Origin: Nitrospinales bacterium
GTDB lineage: Bacteria; Nitrospinota; Nitrospinia; Nitrospinales; VA-1
Length of the DNA: 64,000 nucleotides
Assembly: GCA_965223345.1 (NCBI GenBank)
Contig: CBDCWG010000012.1
Coordinates: 2,176,001-2,240,000 of the forward strand
Direction of reading: 5' to 3'
The translations under genes were made by a program, and so were the position numbers. Of the stretch, positions 31,190 through 41,423 are shown piece after piece. The notes beneath the pieces are model-generated. The model made no database searches, was not told the origin of the DNA, and worked only from the letters and a program-made list of their open reading frames with translations. Position 1 is the stretch's first letter. Each line of letters starts with the position of its first letter.

Positions 31190-32533
31190 TCAGGCGTTCT
31201 CGGAGTTGATGAACTTTTTGAGGAAGGGGAACATGGCGCCGCGTTTGGTGATCATCTCCTCGCGGGATTTTTTCACCACGTCTTCGTCGATGAGGGCGAT
31301 GCCCCGCTCCTGGGCGAAGCGTTCGATGCCTTTGACGACCATGCCGCGCGCGAACGAGGGGATGCGTTCCAGCCGCTGCTTGGCTTCCGGCGTCCACTCG
31401 GTGTGAAACTCGACTTCCAGGCCGAGCGTGTCTTCGATCTTGAGCGTGATTTCCTTGCCGCCGTGCTGGCCGGGCTCGTAGTCGCAGGAGGTGTCCGGGG
31501 CCATGTAGTTGCCGGTTTCGGCGAACGCGCGGGCGCGGCAGCCGGAGCACATGGCGGAAAACTCGCAGGTGCCGCATTTGCCTTCCAGCTTCTTGCGGTC
31601 GCGCAACTGGCGCATGAGCGGCGCGTTTTCCCACAGGTCCTTGAAGCTGTTGGTCTTGAGGTTGCCCACCGATTCCTCGATGAACGGGCAGGGGGTCAGG
31701 TTGCCTTCCGGCGAGATGCGGCTGTAATGCGTCGCCGCCGGGCAGCCGCCGGAATAGGTGCGGGTGTAGACGGAATCCGGGTCGTTTTCGTACACGACGC
31801 GCTTGTACTGCGGCGCGCACTTGGAGTTGATCATCAGCCGGCCCTTGTACTTCATCTGCTGATCGTACAGGATCTTCAGCGCTTCCTCGTAGGCGGCGTT
31901 GGAGATGTCGGTGTTGCCCTGGCCGCGGCCGGTGCACACGAGAAAGTACAGGTTGAACGCCACCGCGCCGATCTTCTCGGCGAAGGCCACCACGTCCGGG
32001 ATCTCCTGGTAGTTCATGTCGGAGACGGACATCTGGATGAGAAAGTCGATCCCCACCTCGTTCATGACGTTGAACGCCTCCATCGATTTTTGCCAGGCCT
32101 GATCGACGCCGCGGAACTTGTTGTGCTTGAGCGGTTCCATGGAGTCGATGCTGATGCCCACGCCGTGCGCGCCGGCTTCCTTGATCTTGATAGCGTTTTC
32201 CCGGTTGATGAGGGTGCCGTTGGTGCCGAGCACCACCATGAACTTCTTGTCCGCGGCGTAGCGGATGATTTTATAGATGTCCGGCCGCAGCAGCGGCTCG
32301 CCGCCGGTGAGGATCAGAAACGCGTTGGGGTTCACCTCGGCGATCTGGTCGATCACGGTGAAGCACTGCTCGGTGTTCAGCTCGTCGGTGCGGAAACCGC
32401 CCCTGAAATCCGCGTCCAGATAGCAGTGGTCACAATTCAGGTTGCATCTCTTGGTGAGATTCCAGGAGATGGAATAGGCCCGAAAGTCCATTTTTTCGGG
32501 GCTGATTTCAAAGGCGCCGCTGTTGGGTTCCAT
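31190..32533 (-). CDS. Radical SAM/SPASM protein, AhbD/NirJ-like, with C-terminal PCP_red-like domain
   Basis: WNLTKRCNLNCDHC, TGGEPLLR, SPASM cysteines, WTPEAKQRLERIPSFAR. Confidence 0.82.
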   Translation of the reverse strand: MEPNSGAFEISPEKMDFRAYSISWNLTKRCNLNCDHCYLDADFRGGFRTDELNTEQCFTVIDQIAEVNPNAFLILTGGEPLLRPDIYKIIRYAADKKFMVVLGTNGTLINRENAIKIKEAGAHGVGISIDSMEPLKHNKFRGVDQAWQKSMEAFNVMNEVGIDFLIQMSVSDMNYQEIPDVVAFAEKIGAVAFNLYFLVCTGRGQGNTDISNAAYEEALKILYDQQMKYKGRLMINSKCAPQYKRVVYENDPDSVYTRTYSGGCPAATHYSRISPEGNLTPCPFIEESVGNLKTNSFKDLWENAPLMRQLRDRKKLEGKCGTCEFSAMCSGCRARAFAETGNYMAPDTSCDYEPGQHGGKEITLKIEDTLGLEVEFHTEWTPEAKQRLERIPSFARGMVVKGIERFAQERGIALIDEDVVKKSREEMITKRGAMFPFLKKFINSENA

Positions 32534-32647
32534 GATCGCTCAAAGCTTTCTGTTTGAAAAAGCCGTTCTCCCGCTTTCCGGCCGCGCGCTGGCAGGCGGA
32601 AATGCAGGTTTTTAAAAGGGGAATTTGACCCACGAGCTTTTATCATA

Positions 32648-32713
32648 TAGGCTTTTTTATTATGAAACAATTATTTTGCCTAGGCTTTTTTATTATGAAA
32701 CAATTATTTTGCC
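32648..32713 (+). repeat. Perfect 33-bp tandem duplication spanning a start codon
   Basis: taggcttttttattatgaaacaattattttgcc x2. Confidence 0.95.
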
Positions 32714-33522
32714 GCAAATTCGCAGGCCTGCTGCTGGTGATCGGGCTGACCGTCTGGGGGGTGTCCGCGGCCCTGGGGCACGAAATGGATTCCGGGCACC
32801 GAATGTTCTGGATCTTCGGGCCGGATTTATCGGATGTTTCGCCCGGTCCGCATTCTCTGGAGTCGGTGGAAGGCTGGGGGGCGGAGAGCGTCGCCAGCGC
32901 CTATTTCGATAGGGCGATGGATTACCAGGGTACCCGGTTCCGCGCGATCTCCTTCGCCGCTCTGCTCGACCGGTTCGACCCGCTGGGCCGCACGACGGCG
33001 GTGCTGCTCAACTGCTTCGACGACTACCAGGGCATCCTGTCGCGCGAGGACATCCGGCAATACGATCTCAGGCTCGCCACGCGCATCGACGTGCTGCCGG
33101 AGTACGAACGGCCGGACTGGCTGCACCCGCTTCTGGTGCTGGTCCCCGACGGCAGCGACGCGCCGTTTCAGGAGCGGTTTTTGACCGCCAACATCCGCGA
33201 GCTGGTGTTCGTGGATCTTGAGGAGTACTACGCGCCGTTGCGCGCCTCGGCGGGGCGCTCGGAAAAGGCGCTGGCCGGGTACACGGCGTTCGTGGACAAC
33301 TGCCTGTTCTGCCATTCGCTCAAAGGGGTGGGCGGCAACAAGGGCGTCCCGCTGATCGAGACGTACGATTTTGCCTCGGCCCCCGGCAAGCGGCGCTTCA
33401 TGGACGCCTTTTTGGGGTTCCATCACGCGGAGAATCCGGACAAGCAGAACGTGGAGCAGTTCGTGACTCCGGAACGATTGCAGGACATCGCGCATTTCCT
33501 GGAGAAAGTGGCGGGACCCTGA
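32662..33522 (+). CDS. Exported c-type cytochrome domain protein
   Basis: Signal peptide; single CLFCH heme motif near C-terminus. Confidence 0.72.
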   Translation: MKQLFCLGFFIMKQLFCRKFAGLLLVIGLTVWGVSAALGHEMDSGHRMFWIFGPDLSDVSPGPHSLESVEGWGAESVASAYFDRAMDYQGTRFRAISFAALLDRFDPLGRTTAVLLNCFDDYQGILSREDIRQYDLRLATRIDVLPEYERPDWLHPLLVLVPDGSDAPFQERFLTANIRELVFVDLEEYYAPLRASAGRSEKALAGYTAFVDNCLFCHSLKGVGGNKGVPLIETYDFASAPGKRRFMDAFLGFHHAENPDKQNVEQFVTPERLQDIAHFLEKVAGP

Positions 33523-33560
33523 GCCTCGCAGTGGGGCGCGGCGGGTGGTTCAGGTTTTGA

Positions 33561-33588
33561 TTGACAGTGTCAACAGGCATGATATTTT
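33561..33588 (+). promoter_or_regulatory. Putative promoter with palindrome over the -35 box
   Basis: TTGACA within TTGACAGTGTCAA palindrome; extended -10 TGaTATTTT. Confidence 0.45.
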
Positions 33589-33635
33589 GATACTTTCACC
33601 CAAGCGCCGTCATCCGGTTCCGCCGTCCGTCACGC

Positions 33636-34061
33636 ATGCGGGACCTTTCGTTTGAGGAAACTATCGTGACTCCAGTCATCACACTTTGTTTCGCTCTCGG
33701 CACCGCTCTGGAGCTGTACGGGCTCAAGGTCGTCAGCACGCAGATCAGTGTGGTCAACACTCTCAACCTGATCATGCTCACCTTTCTGGTGGGTGTGGTG
33801 GTGGGACGGAGCTGGGGCAAGCATTATTTCGAAAAAATGCAATGGCATTTGAAGTCCCGCACGTTGCCCAACGATGAGGTTTTGAACGGCACGGTGATGA
33901 CCATCGCCAGCATGTTGCTCATCACCCCCGGAGTGATCACGGACGTGCTGGGGCTGTTCATCCTGATTCCGATCACGCGGGGCATCTTCAAGGAAATCAC
34001 GCTGGATCTGGTGAAGAAGAAGATCTCCCGCGGCGAGCTGTTCTTTTTCTTCCGCAACTGA
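33636..34061 (+). CDS. fxsA: FxsA family membrane protein
   Basis: LLITPGVITDVLGLFILIPITR signature. Confidence 0.85.
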   Translation: MRDLSFEETIVTPVITLCFALGTALELYGLKVVSTQISVVNTLNLIMLTFLVGVVVGRSWGKHYFEKMQWHLKSRTLPNDEVLNGTVMTIASMLLITPGVITDVLGLFILIPITRGIFKEITLDLVKKKISRGELFFFFRN

Positions 34062-34098
34062 TCCTTTCCACTCTTCCCCGCCGGGCTGGGTTTTTGGC

Positions 34099-34821
34099 AT
34101 GATCTTTTCGGCTCCACCCCGCAACTTTCGCGCCGAGCTTCTGGATCTGGACGAAGCGCCTTTCGAAGAGGTGCGGGACAGCCTGTCCGATGTCCGCAAG
34201 GTCAACCGCTACCTGAGCGGCTACCGGGTGCTGCTGGAGCATGCGGAATTTTTCCTGCGCAGCCACGACGCCAGCCGGCCTCTGACCATTCTCGATGTGG
34301 CCACCGGTTCCGCCGATCAACCCGCCGCGATCGTCAAACTCGCACGCCGGCTGAAAATTCCCGTCTGCATCTTCGCGCTCGACATCAACCACAAGATGCT
34401 GCTGTACGCGCGCGAGATGACCGAACGCTTCCCGGAGATCCGGCTGGTGCAGGGCGATGTGTTCGCGCTGCCGTTTGCGGATGCCAGCATCGACCTGATC
34501 GTCAATTCGCTGTCTTTGCATCATTTCGCCTGGGAGGATGCGGTGAACATCCTCAAGGCCATGCACCGCATCAGCCGCGTGGGGTTCATCGTCAACGACC
34601 TGCACCGCAGCCGCGTGGCGCACGCGTCGATCTTTCTGCTGACGCGGCTGCTGACGAAAAACCGCCTGACCCGTTACGACGCGCCGGTTTCGGTGATGAA
34701 CGCGTTCACGCCGAAGGAATTCGAACAGCTTGCCGAACAGGCGGGCATCGAACGGTTCGAGATCCACCGGCATTTTCCCTACCGCATCGCCTTCGTGGTG
34801 AAAAAGGACACGCCCGCATGA
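34099..34821 (+). CDS. Class I SAM-dependent methyltransferase
   Basis: ELLD, ILDVATGSAD, LSLHHF, VNDLHRS, YDAPVSV..AFT. Confidence 0.85.
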   Translation: MIFSAPPRNFRAELLDLDEAPFEEVRDSLSDVRKVNRYLSGYRVLLEHAEFFLRSHDASRPLTILDVATGSADQPAAIVKLARRLKIPVCIFALDINHKMLLYAREMTERFPEIRLVQGDVFALPFADASIDLIVNSLSLHHFAWEDAVNILKAMHRISRVGFIVNDLHRSRVAHASIFLLTRLLTKNRLTRYDAPVSVMNAFTPKEFEQLAEQAGIERFEIHRHFPYRIAFVVKKDTPA

Positions 34822-34855
34822 TTGGCCTTCGTCTGGAAAGGATGTTCGCAACGCG

Positions 34856-36124
34856 ATGAAACCCACCGACGCACTGGTCATCGGCGGCGGACCCGCAGGA
34901 ACCGCTTCCGCCCTGTTTCTCAATCGCCTGGGCTACGATGTCCGGCTGCTGGAGCAGGCGCGGTTTCCGCGCGACAAGGTCTGCGGCGAGTTCATCAGCC
35001 CGGCGGCGGACCCCATCTTCGAGGAGCTGGGCGTGCTCGAAGATCTGGAAGCGCGGAATCCGGTGCGCCTCAAGGGCGTGGCGATCGCCTCCTACAACAC
35101 GGCGGGCTTCGCGGTGGATTACCCGGCGCTCGCAGGGCGGAACGAGGCGATGACGAGTCTCTCGGTGCCGCGCTCCATCCTCGATCCGTTGCTGCTTGCC
35201 AAAGTGAAGGCGTCGGGGGTGGAGGTGCGCGAAGGCTGCAAGGCGACGGACTTCATTCTGGAAGCGGGCCGGGTCGCGGGGGTGCGCGGCCGAGACGAGA
35301 GCGGCAAGGAGTTCAGCCTGCGCGCGCGCGTCGTGATCGATGCGGGCGGGCGGAACTGCCTGTCGATTCGTCGCTTCAAGCTGAGAAAGAATCGCAGGCC
35401 GGGCGCAAAGATCGCGCTGGCGGCGCACTGGAAGGACGTCGCGGCGCTCAAGGATTACTGCCACATGCATATTAGCGAGCCGGGCTACACCGGTATGGCG
35501 CCGACGGGCAAAGACGAAGCCAACATCGTTCTGGTGGTGGACAAAGAATGCCTCAAGGGAGAGGACCTGCACGGGTTTTACGTGCGCACGGTGCTCAAAA
35601 ATCCGTTGCGCCGACGGCTGCTGGAGGGCGGCACGGTGGCGGAAAAGGCGCGCACGGTGGATTCTCTCGAGTTTGCGGTGCGCCCGCCCAAAGTCGGCGG
35701 GCTGATTCTGGTGGGGGATGCGACCGGGTTCATCGACCCGTTCACCGGGGAGGGGATTTACCTTTCATTGCGCAGCGCGCAGATCGCTGCGGGGGTGTTG
35801 CGGGAGGCGTTTGCAGCGGGGGATGTTTCGCGCCGCTGGCTCATGCGTTACGACTCGCTCAGGCATCGGGAGTTCGACCGCAAATATCTGTTGAGCCGGA
35901 TTCTGCAGGCGCTGATCCACCGGCCGGTGTTGTGCGACCGCGTCGTGCGGACGCTGGAGCGCCATCCCGATCTGGCCGGTACACTGGTGGGGGTGATCGG
36001 CGATTATGTGCCCGCGCACCGGGTGGTTTCGCTGCGGTTTCTGGTCAAGCTGATGGTCAAAAGCGTTCGATCCGCACGCGCGATCCCGTCGCTGGAAAGG
36101 ATCGGCGCACGTTCGGGGCTGTGA
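34856..36124 (+). CDS. FAD-dependent oxidoreductase (geranylgeranyl reductase/halogenase-like)
   Basis: GGGPAG, FPRDKVCGE, VGDATGFIDPFTGEGI. Confidence 0.85.
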   Translation: MKPTDALVIGGGPAGTASALFLNRLGYDVRLLEQARFPRDKVCGEFISPAADPIFEELGVLEDLEARNPVRLKGVAIASYNTAGFAVDYPALAGRNEAMTSLSVPRSILDPLLLAKVKASGVEVREGCKATDFILEAGRVAGVRGRDESGKEFSLRARVVIDAGGRNCLSIRRFKLRKNRRPGAKIALAAHWKDVAALKDYCHMHISEPGYTGMAPTGKDEANIVLVVDKECLKGEDLHGFYVRTVLKNPLRRRLLEGGTVAEKARTVDSLEFAVRPPKVGGLILVGDATGFIDPFTGEGIYLSLRSAQIAAGVLREAFAAGDVSRRWLMRYDSLRHREFDRKYLLSRILQALIHRPVLCDRVVRTLERHPDLAGTLVGVIGDYVPAHRVVSLRFLVKLMVKSVRSARAIPSLERIGARSGL

Positions 36125-36130
36125 CTCGTT

Positions 36131-36358
36131 TCAGTGCAGGGTGGAATGGTAAGCGTGGAGGATCTGCTCCAGCCGGTCTTTGGTCTTGAGCTTCTGCTTC
36201 TGGTGTTTTTTCTTTTCCATTTCCTGTTCGACCGTCAGGAACTTCATTTTATTGAGCTCTTCCACTTTCTGTTTTAGCTCGGTGTGTTCTTCGTAGAGCT
36301 TTTTGAATTCTTCGTTTTCCTTCTGAATCTTTTCAAGCAACTCGGGGTCTATTTGCAT
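36131..36358 (-). CDS. YdcH/DUF465 family coiled-coil protein
   Basis: EFKKLYEEHTEL..KKHQKQKLKTKDRL; start ATG 36358 after GGAGG. Confidence 0.75.
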   Translation of the reverse strand: MQIDPELLEKIQKENEEFKKLYEEHTELKQKVEELNKMKFLTVEQEMEKKKHQKQKLKTKDRLEQILHAYHSTLH

Positions 36359-36375
36359 ATCGCCTGCCTCCCTGT

Positions 36376-37062
36376 TCAAAGATTGCGGGATAAATTGAGT
36401 TCGGCTTCGGGTTTCCTCACATAATTCAAGGTCAACGCGTCCAGATTTTCCAGCCCGTTCATGCGGTCCCGCGCCAGCCGCGCGGTGCTGGCGGCGACGG
36501 TGGTGTCCGTGGTTTGCGGGTTGGAAAGGTATCGGGACTGGAGTGCGTCGGAAAAAAAATCGCCGTAGGTTTCCTGGCCGCTGCCGATGAAAACCGTGGG
36601 CTCCGTGATTGCATCGCACAACTGCTGCGGGCTGAGGGTCCTGTCCGGAGCGATCCGCTTCAGATGGCCCGACCGGTATTGGAAAAAAGCGCAGTACACT
36701 TCTTTTTTTCTTGCGTCCAAAATGGCACAAATCGGTTGCGGCGCCGGCGCGGCACAGGCGGCCACCGCCCAAAGCGTGTCGATTCCCGCAAAGGGTTTTT
36801 CCGTTGCCAGGACCAGCCCCTTGATGAGGCTCAACCCCACGCGCAGGCCGGTGAACGAACCGGGCCCTGTCGTGACGCCGAACGCGTCAACCTGCTCCAG
36901 TTCCACACCTGCCTCGGACAACACCTCGTCCACCATCAATAACAGACAGCTCGAAAAGCTGGCGGAACCTGCGAATGATTGTTGGGAAATGATACGGTCG
37001 TGTTCAAGGAGGGCGACACTGCCGCGGGGGATAGATGAATCAATTCCAAGGATTCTTTTCAT
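36376..37062 (-). CDS. tsaB: tRNA threonylcarbamoyladenosine biosynthesis protein TsaB
   Basis: ILGIDSS, GPGSFTGLRVG, DARKKEVY, YVRKPEAE. Confidence 0.92.
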   Translation of the reverse strand: MKRILGIDSSIPRGSVALLEHDRIISQQSFAGSASFSSCLLLMVDEVLSEAGVELEQVDAFGVTTGPGSFTGLRVGLSLIKGLVLATEKPFAGIDTLWAVAACAAPAPQPICAILDARKKEVYCAFFQYRSGHLKRIAPDRTLSPQQLCDAITEPTVFIGSGQETYGDFFSDALQSRYLSNPQTTDTTVAASTARLARDRMNGLENLDALTLNYVRKPEAELNLSRNL

Positions 37063-37562
37063 GCCGTGAATGACCGGAATTGGTTTCCACCGTTGCCATT
37101 GTCACCAGTGTATTCCTTTATCGATTGCAACGCAAACTTAGATCATCGCGTTCGTGTTGTCAATCAAAAAGCCGGGACCGCCGGCACGCGAAACGCCGCG
37201 GTGGTGATCCCATAACTGCAATCAAAGTAAGCGGTTGAAGGAGGAACGGGCTGCGCACGGAGAAAGCGCGGAAGCGGGCGTCCTGTGCGGGGGAAATGGG
37301 CTTCGATCGCGTGCCGATTCGGTGTGAGGAAGGGGAAATCTGTTCGTGGAAACGGTAAATCTGTTCGTCCGATTGGTTAAGGTAAATCTGCTATACCAAC
37401 ATACCTATTGAATTTATTGAACTTATTTTCTTGACAAATTTACAAGATCCAATTATTTTGGATTGCACGGTAAACCTTGACGATACCCATTATTCGACAA
37501 ACGAAAGGCTGAGAACGGAATGCTGATAGAAAATCAAAATCAATATCGAAAAGGGGGCGCCC

Positions 37563-37766
37563 ATGTTTTTTGAGGTGAAAATTTTCAGCGCCGACGGAGA
37601 ATTGAAGCGAATCGTTTCCCCGAAAAAGTTGAGCAAACGATTCTGGAAGGAAAGCGAGAACGCCCAGCCCGATTTCACGGATCAGGAAGTCCCCGGAGAA
37701 GACTGGGCGATGAAGGGTTTGAGCGGAGAGAAAGTACGGATTCAGGTGGACGACACGATCGCCTAG
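37563..37766 (+). CDS. Small hypothetical protein
   Basis: Purine-rich RBS, 67 aa, upstream TTGACA(37431)-17-TATTTT. Confidence 0.55.
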   Translation: MFFEVKIFSADGELKRIVSPKKLSKRFWKESENAQPDFTDQEVPGEDWAMKGLSGEKVRIQVDDTIA

Positions 37767-37988
37767 ATGGAAATGCTGAAAACCGGCCGGTGCTTCTCCA
37801 TCCTCGATTGTGATTTCCCGTCCCGAACCTGAAACCCTCCTCATTCCGGATTTCTCCCCGTTTACAGAGGAAACTCCCACTGCGGGAGTGCGGTTGTATT
37901 TTCGCCCATTTCACGTTTTATCCCCCCATGTCCCACAAATTGTGATAGTAGATTTCATTACCTTTTACAGATCGATCTGTATTGCGGG

Positions 37989-39200
37989 TTGGCCGCTTAT
38001 TCGTATCAGGAGTTTGTTGTGTATATCACCACCGCGGAAGAGCTCACCGCCTTGTGCGAAAAACTGAAATCGTGCGACGTGCTGGCTCTCGACACGGAGT
38101 TCGTTCGTGAACGGACCTATTTTCACCGCCTGGGTCTGGTTCAGGTCGGGGGAAACGGCACTTTCGCCGCTTTGGACCCGATTCTGCTTCCCAGTCTCGA
38201 TCCGTTCCTGGATCTGATTCAAAATCCCAATGTCGTCAAGGTGTTCCACGCTTCCAAGCAGGATCTGGAAATTCTGTTCCGGCTCACCGGCAAGGTGGCG
38301 GGGCCGATTTTCGACACGCAGGTGGCCGCTTCCATCGTGGGCTGGGGGTCGCAGATTTCCTTCGCCAAGATCGTGCAGAAAGTGACCGGCAAGAAGATCC
38401 ACAAGACCGAGACCTACACGGACTGGTGCCGCCGGCCGCTCAGCCAGAGCCAGGTGGAGTACGCGCTGGACGATGTTCGCTACCTGTTTCCGGTTTACGA
38501 GAAACTGCTCAAGAACCTGAAGCGGCTCAACCGCCTGGATTGGGTGAAGGGGGAATTCGAAAAGCTGGAGAACCCCAAGACTTTCGCGCTTCCCGATCCG
38601 CGCAAGCAGTACCTCAAGATCAAGAACATCCGCAACCTCAAGCGGCGCAACCTGGCTGTGATGATCGAGCTGGCCGCATGGCGCGAGCAGGAGGCGCTCA
38701 AGCGCAACTGTCTGCCGAAGGCGGTGGTGCGCGACGAGCCGCTGCTGGAGATCGCCCGCACGCTGCCGAAAAAACCGGAAGACCTGTCCGCCGTGCGCGG
38801 GTTTCACCGCAAGGAAGTCTCAAAAAGCGGCGCCGCCATCATGGATGCGATCAAGGCCGGGCTCGCCGTACCCGAGCAGGACATCCCGGAGCTGCCGGAA
38901 TACGACGGCTATTCGACGCGCAAAGGCGTCGAGGAGTTGCTGGCGGCGTACGTGCAGATCCGCGCTGAGGAGCTGAAGGTGGAACCCAGTGTGCTGGCTC
39001 ACCGCAAGCAGTTGCACGATTTCGTCAAATGCTACGAGCAGGGCGGCAACCTGGAGGACCATTTCCTGTTTCAGGGCTGGCGCAAGGAGAGCATCGGCTC
39101 GCATCTGCACGCGCTTCTGGAAGGGGAAAAGGGCCTGGGGATCGACAAGTCCGGCCGGGTGACGCTGATCGCCTCGATCCGCAAGGAACCGTTTTCCTGA
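37989..39200 (+). CDS. rnd: Ribonuclease D
   Basis: ALDTEFVRERTY, KVFHASKQDLE, FDTQVAA, DWCRRPLS, YALDDV, HRDC. Confidence 0.93.
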   Translation: MAAYSYQEFVVYITTAEELTALCEKLKSCDVLALDTEFVRERTYFHRLGLVQVGGNGTFAALDPILLPSLDPFLDLIQNPNVVKVFHASKQDLEILFRLTGKVAGPIFDTQVAASIVGWGSQISFAKIVQKVTGKKIHKTETYTDWCRRPLSQSQVEYALDDVRYLFPVYEKLLKNLKRLNRLDWVKGEFEKLENPKTFALPDPRKQYLKIKNIRNLKRRNLAVMIELAAWREQEALKRNCLPKAVVRDEPLLEIARTLPKKPEDLSAVRGFHRKEVSKSGAAIMDAIKAGLAVPEQDIPELPEYDGYSTRKGVEELLAAYVQIRAEELKVEPSVLAHRKQLHDFVKCYEQGGNLEDHFLFQGWRKESIGSHLHALLEGEKGLGIDKSGRVTLIASIRKEPFS

Positions 39201-39236
39201 CAAACCCTCTGTTTCGCCTTTCGCTGTTTTTTCCCT

Positions 39237-39869
39237 TCACTGCGGCGCGGTGCGCGCCATCCATTCCTTAAAGCCGGTTTCCTTCCTCAGGTTTGCAAGG
39301 TCCGGGTCGGTTTCGATCTGTTTCCAGTTTTTGTAACCTTTCGCCACGGCGGTTTGCAACGCGCTGAGACTTGCCTGCGGTTCTCCGACCAGGGAATGGT
39401 AGCAGGCGAGGTTGTAGTGCAGCACCGGGTTTTCCGGGTTGATCGCCTCCAGCGTTTTCAGGGTGGCCGCCGCTTCGTCGAAACGCTGCGCCTGCAGGTA
39501 GGCGGTGCTCTGGTTGAGATGGGCTTCCTCGAATTGCTTGTTGTGGTGCAGGGCCATCTTGTAATTGCGCACGGCCTGATCCCATTGCTTCTGCTTGAGA
39601 TACTTATTCCCCTCGTTGTAATGGAAGATGCCCATCCTGCGATTTTTTTCCGGGTCGTCGTGCGGGTCGCCTTCGCCTTCATGCGAGTGGGTGTGCGGCG
39701 CGGCAGCGTGATCGTCTCCGGGGGATGCGGAGGGTTCAGCAGCGGAATTCCCGGCCGGGGCGGTTTGCGGTTTTTGGCGGACGCGTTCGGTGTCTTCGAT
39801 CCAGAACACGATCGCCGCGAGCAGCAGGATGAGCGGGGCGAGCTTTTTCAGGGTTGCTGGAATCTGCAT
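39237..39869 (-). CDS. Membrane-anchored TPR protein with His-rich linker
   Basis: TM, HTHSHE..H, TPRs, YNLACYHSL..DPDLANLR. Confidence 0.75.
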   Translation of the reverse strand: MQIPATLKKLAPLILLLAAIVFWIEDTERVRQKPQTAPAGNSAAEPSASPGDDHAAAPHTHSHEGEGDPHDDPEKNRRMGIFHYNEGNKYLKQKQWDQAVRNYKMALHHNKQFEEAHLNQSTAYLQAQRFDEAAATLKTLEAINPENPVLHYNLACYHSLVGEPQASLSALQTAVAKGYKNWKQIETDPDLANLRKETGFKEWMARTAPQ

Positions 39870-39883
39870 GTCTCATTGTAATC

Positions 39884-41287
39884 TCAGCCACTTAGATGCG
39901 GGAAAAAAAGTTTCAGCTCGCCTGCGGAGCCGAGAAAGCCGACGTTTTCGATCGCCGCGCCGTGCGAGCGCAGGTTGAAGATTCTGACCTCGGGGTGGAT
40001 TTCGGCGATCTGTTCGATGGTGCGCTTGTAGCTGAACAGGTTCTGGTGGGTTTTCAGGGTTTCGCCGAAGGCGCCGCGCACTGCGATCTGCTTTTTCTCG
40101 CCGGCCTTTTCCTGATACCCCGCGCCCAAAGGAAGGCTGTGGTGCACCTGATCGGCAAGCTGGATGCTGTTGCGGGAATGGCTGGAATAACTGCGCTCCC
40201 CGGAATAGGCGAGATCCTGACCGAGCAGAAAAATCGGGTTGCAGCCCATCAGGATGAGCCCGTCGAGCGCCAGGCAGGCCACCGATCCCCCGGCGCGGGT
40301 GGTGCCTTTTACGTGTTGCTCCGCTGCGGTTTCGGAAGCGCCTTCCTTGTACACGACGTATTTCTCGCCCGCATGGCGGTGCAGGATTTTCGTCTGCGCG
40401 GTGGGGGTGAAGATCAGCCGGAACGGCTGCTCCCAATGCCCTGCGAAATAGCGGCAGCTTTCCTCCTGCGGGTCGAGCGTGAACACGTAATCGGGGACGC
40501 AGCCCTCTGTGATCAGGATCGGCAGCGCCGTGTCCACCGCGGCGACGACGGCGTCCGGGCTGAAGCGCGCAAGATGCGGCAGCGTGTCGTCGAGCGAGGG
40601 GCCGGCGCTCACCAGAATGCCGGGCCGGCCGCGGTGGCGGTCTTTGAGTGTATTGATGCCCGGCGCGGCGGCGGCGATCGCCTCGTTGTGAATCCGGTTC
40701 TTCTGTTCGAGGCTTCCCATGAGAGCGGGAAAGCGGCGTTCCATGCGCAGGATCTCCAGCGCGTTGATGAGGCCGGGAAACTGCGGCGGGATGCAGGCGA
40801 ACGAGGGCGTGTGAAACAGGATTTGCGTCGAGTCCGCATCGGCGGGTGTTTCTCCTCCGAGTCGCGTCGCGATTTCCCTGGCGACGGCGATTTCCTCGCG
40901 GCCGAACAACAGGTGGAAGTTTTCCTGCGCGAACAGATGCGAGTGGTCTTTCAGGATCAGCGCCGCGGAAAGCAGGTCGGGGTTGAGCTCGACCACGAAC
41001 AGCGATCCGCTGGGGCCGATGCGCTCCAATAGCGGGCCGATGTGGTGGCCGAGGCCGAAGCCATACAGAAACACGCGGCTGCCCGGCCGGATCGACCGGC
41101 TGAACGCCTTGCCTTCCTTGATGGGATCGTAGCTGCTGTGGATGAGGGTCTTTTCGTACCGCACGCTGACCGCGCCGCTGGCTGTGGTCAATACGGTGAC
41201 GCGGTCTGAAAGCGTGGGCGAAAGCGAAGCCGCGGCGGGCGTGCGCGGTGCGAGCGCGGCGAGATTTTGTTTGAAAAAAGATTGCAT
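39884..41287 (-). CDS. Motility-associated factor (Maf/DUF115) glycosyltransferase family protein
   Basis: IHSSYDPIKE, VSAGPSLD, AVDTAL, GGSVA, LLGQDLAY. Confidence 0.8.
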   Translation of the reverse strand: MQSFFKQNLAALAPRTPAAASLSPTLSDRVTVLTTASGAVSVRYEKTLIHSSYDPIKEGKAFSRSIRPGSRVFLYGFGLGHHIGPLLERIGPSGSLFVVELNPDLLSAALILKDHSHLFAQENFHLLFGREEIAVAREIATRLGGETPADADSTQILFHTPSFACIPPQFPGLINALEILRMERRFPALMGSLEQKNRIHNEAIAAAAPGINTLKDRHRGRPGILVSAGPSLDDTLPHLARFSPDAVVAAVDTALPILITEGCVPDYVFTLDPQEESCRYFAGHWEQPFRLIFTPTAQTKILHRHAGEKYVVYKEGASETAAEQHVKGTTRAGGSVACLALDGLILMGCNPIFLLGQDLAYSGERSYSSHSRNSIQLADQVHHSLPLGAGYQEKAGEKKQIAVRGAFGETLKTHQNLFSYKRTIEQIAEIHPEVRIFNLRSHGAAIENVGFLGSAGELKLFFPHLSG

Positions 41288-41423
41288 GCGTGTCCGGGGA
41301 AGAGGGGCGGTCGCAATCGGGCCGGCATTTTTTGTTGCCTTGCAATCATTGCGGTTTTTATTTAATAATCATGAGTGCAAACCGGTTTTGCCGTTTTCAC
41401 CTTTCACCCTCCGCCTTCCCAAC

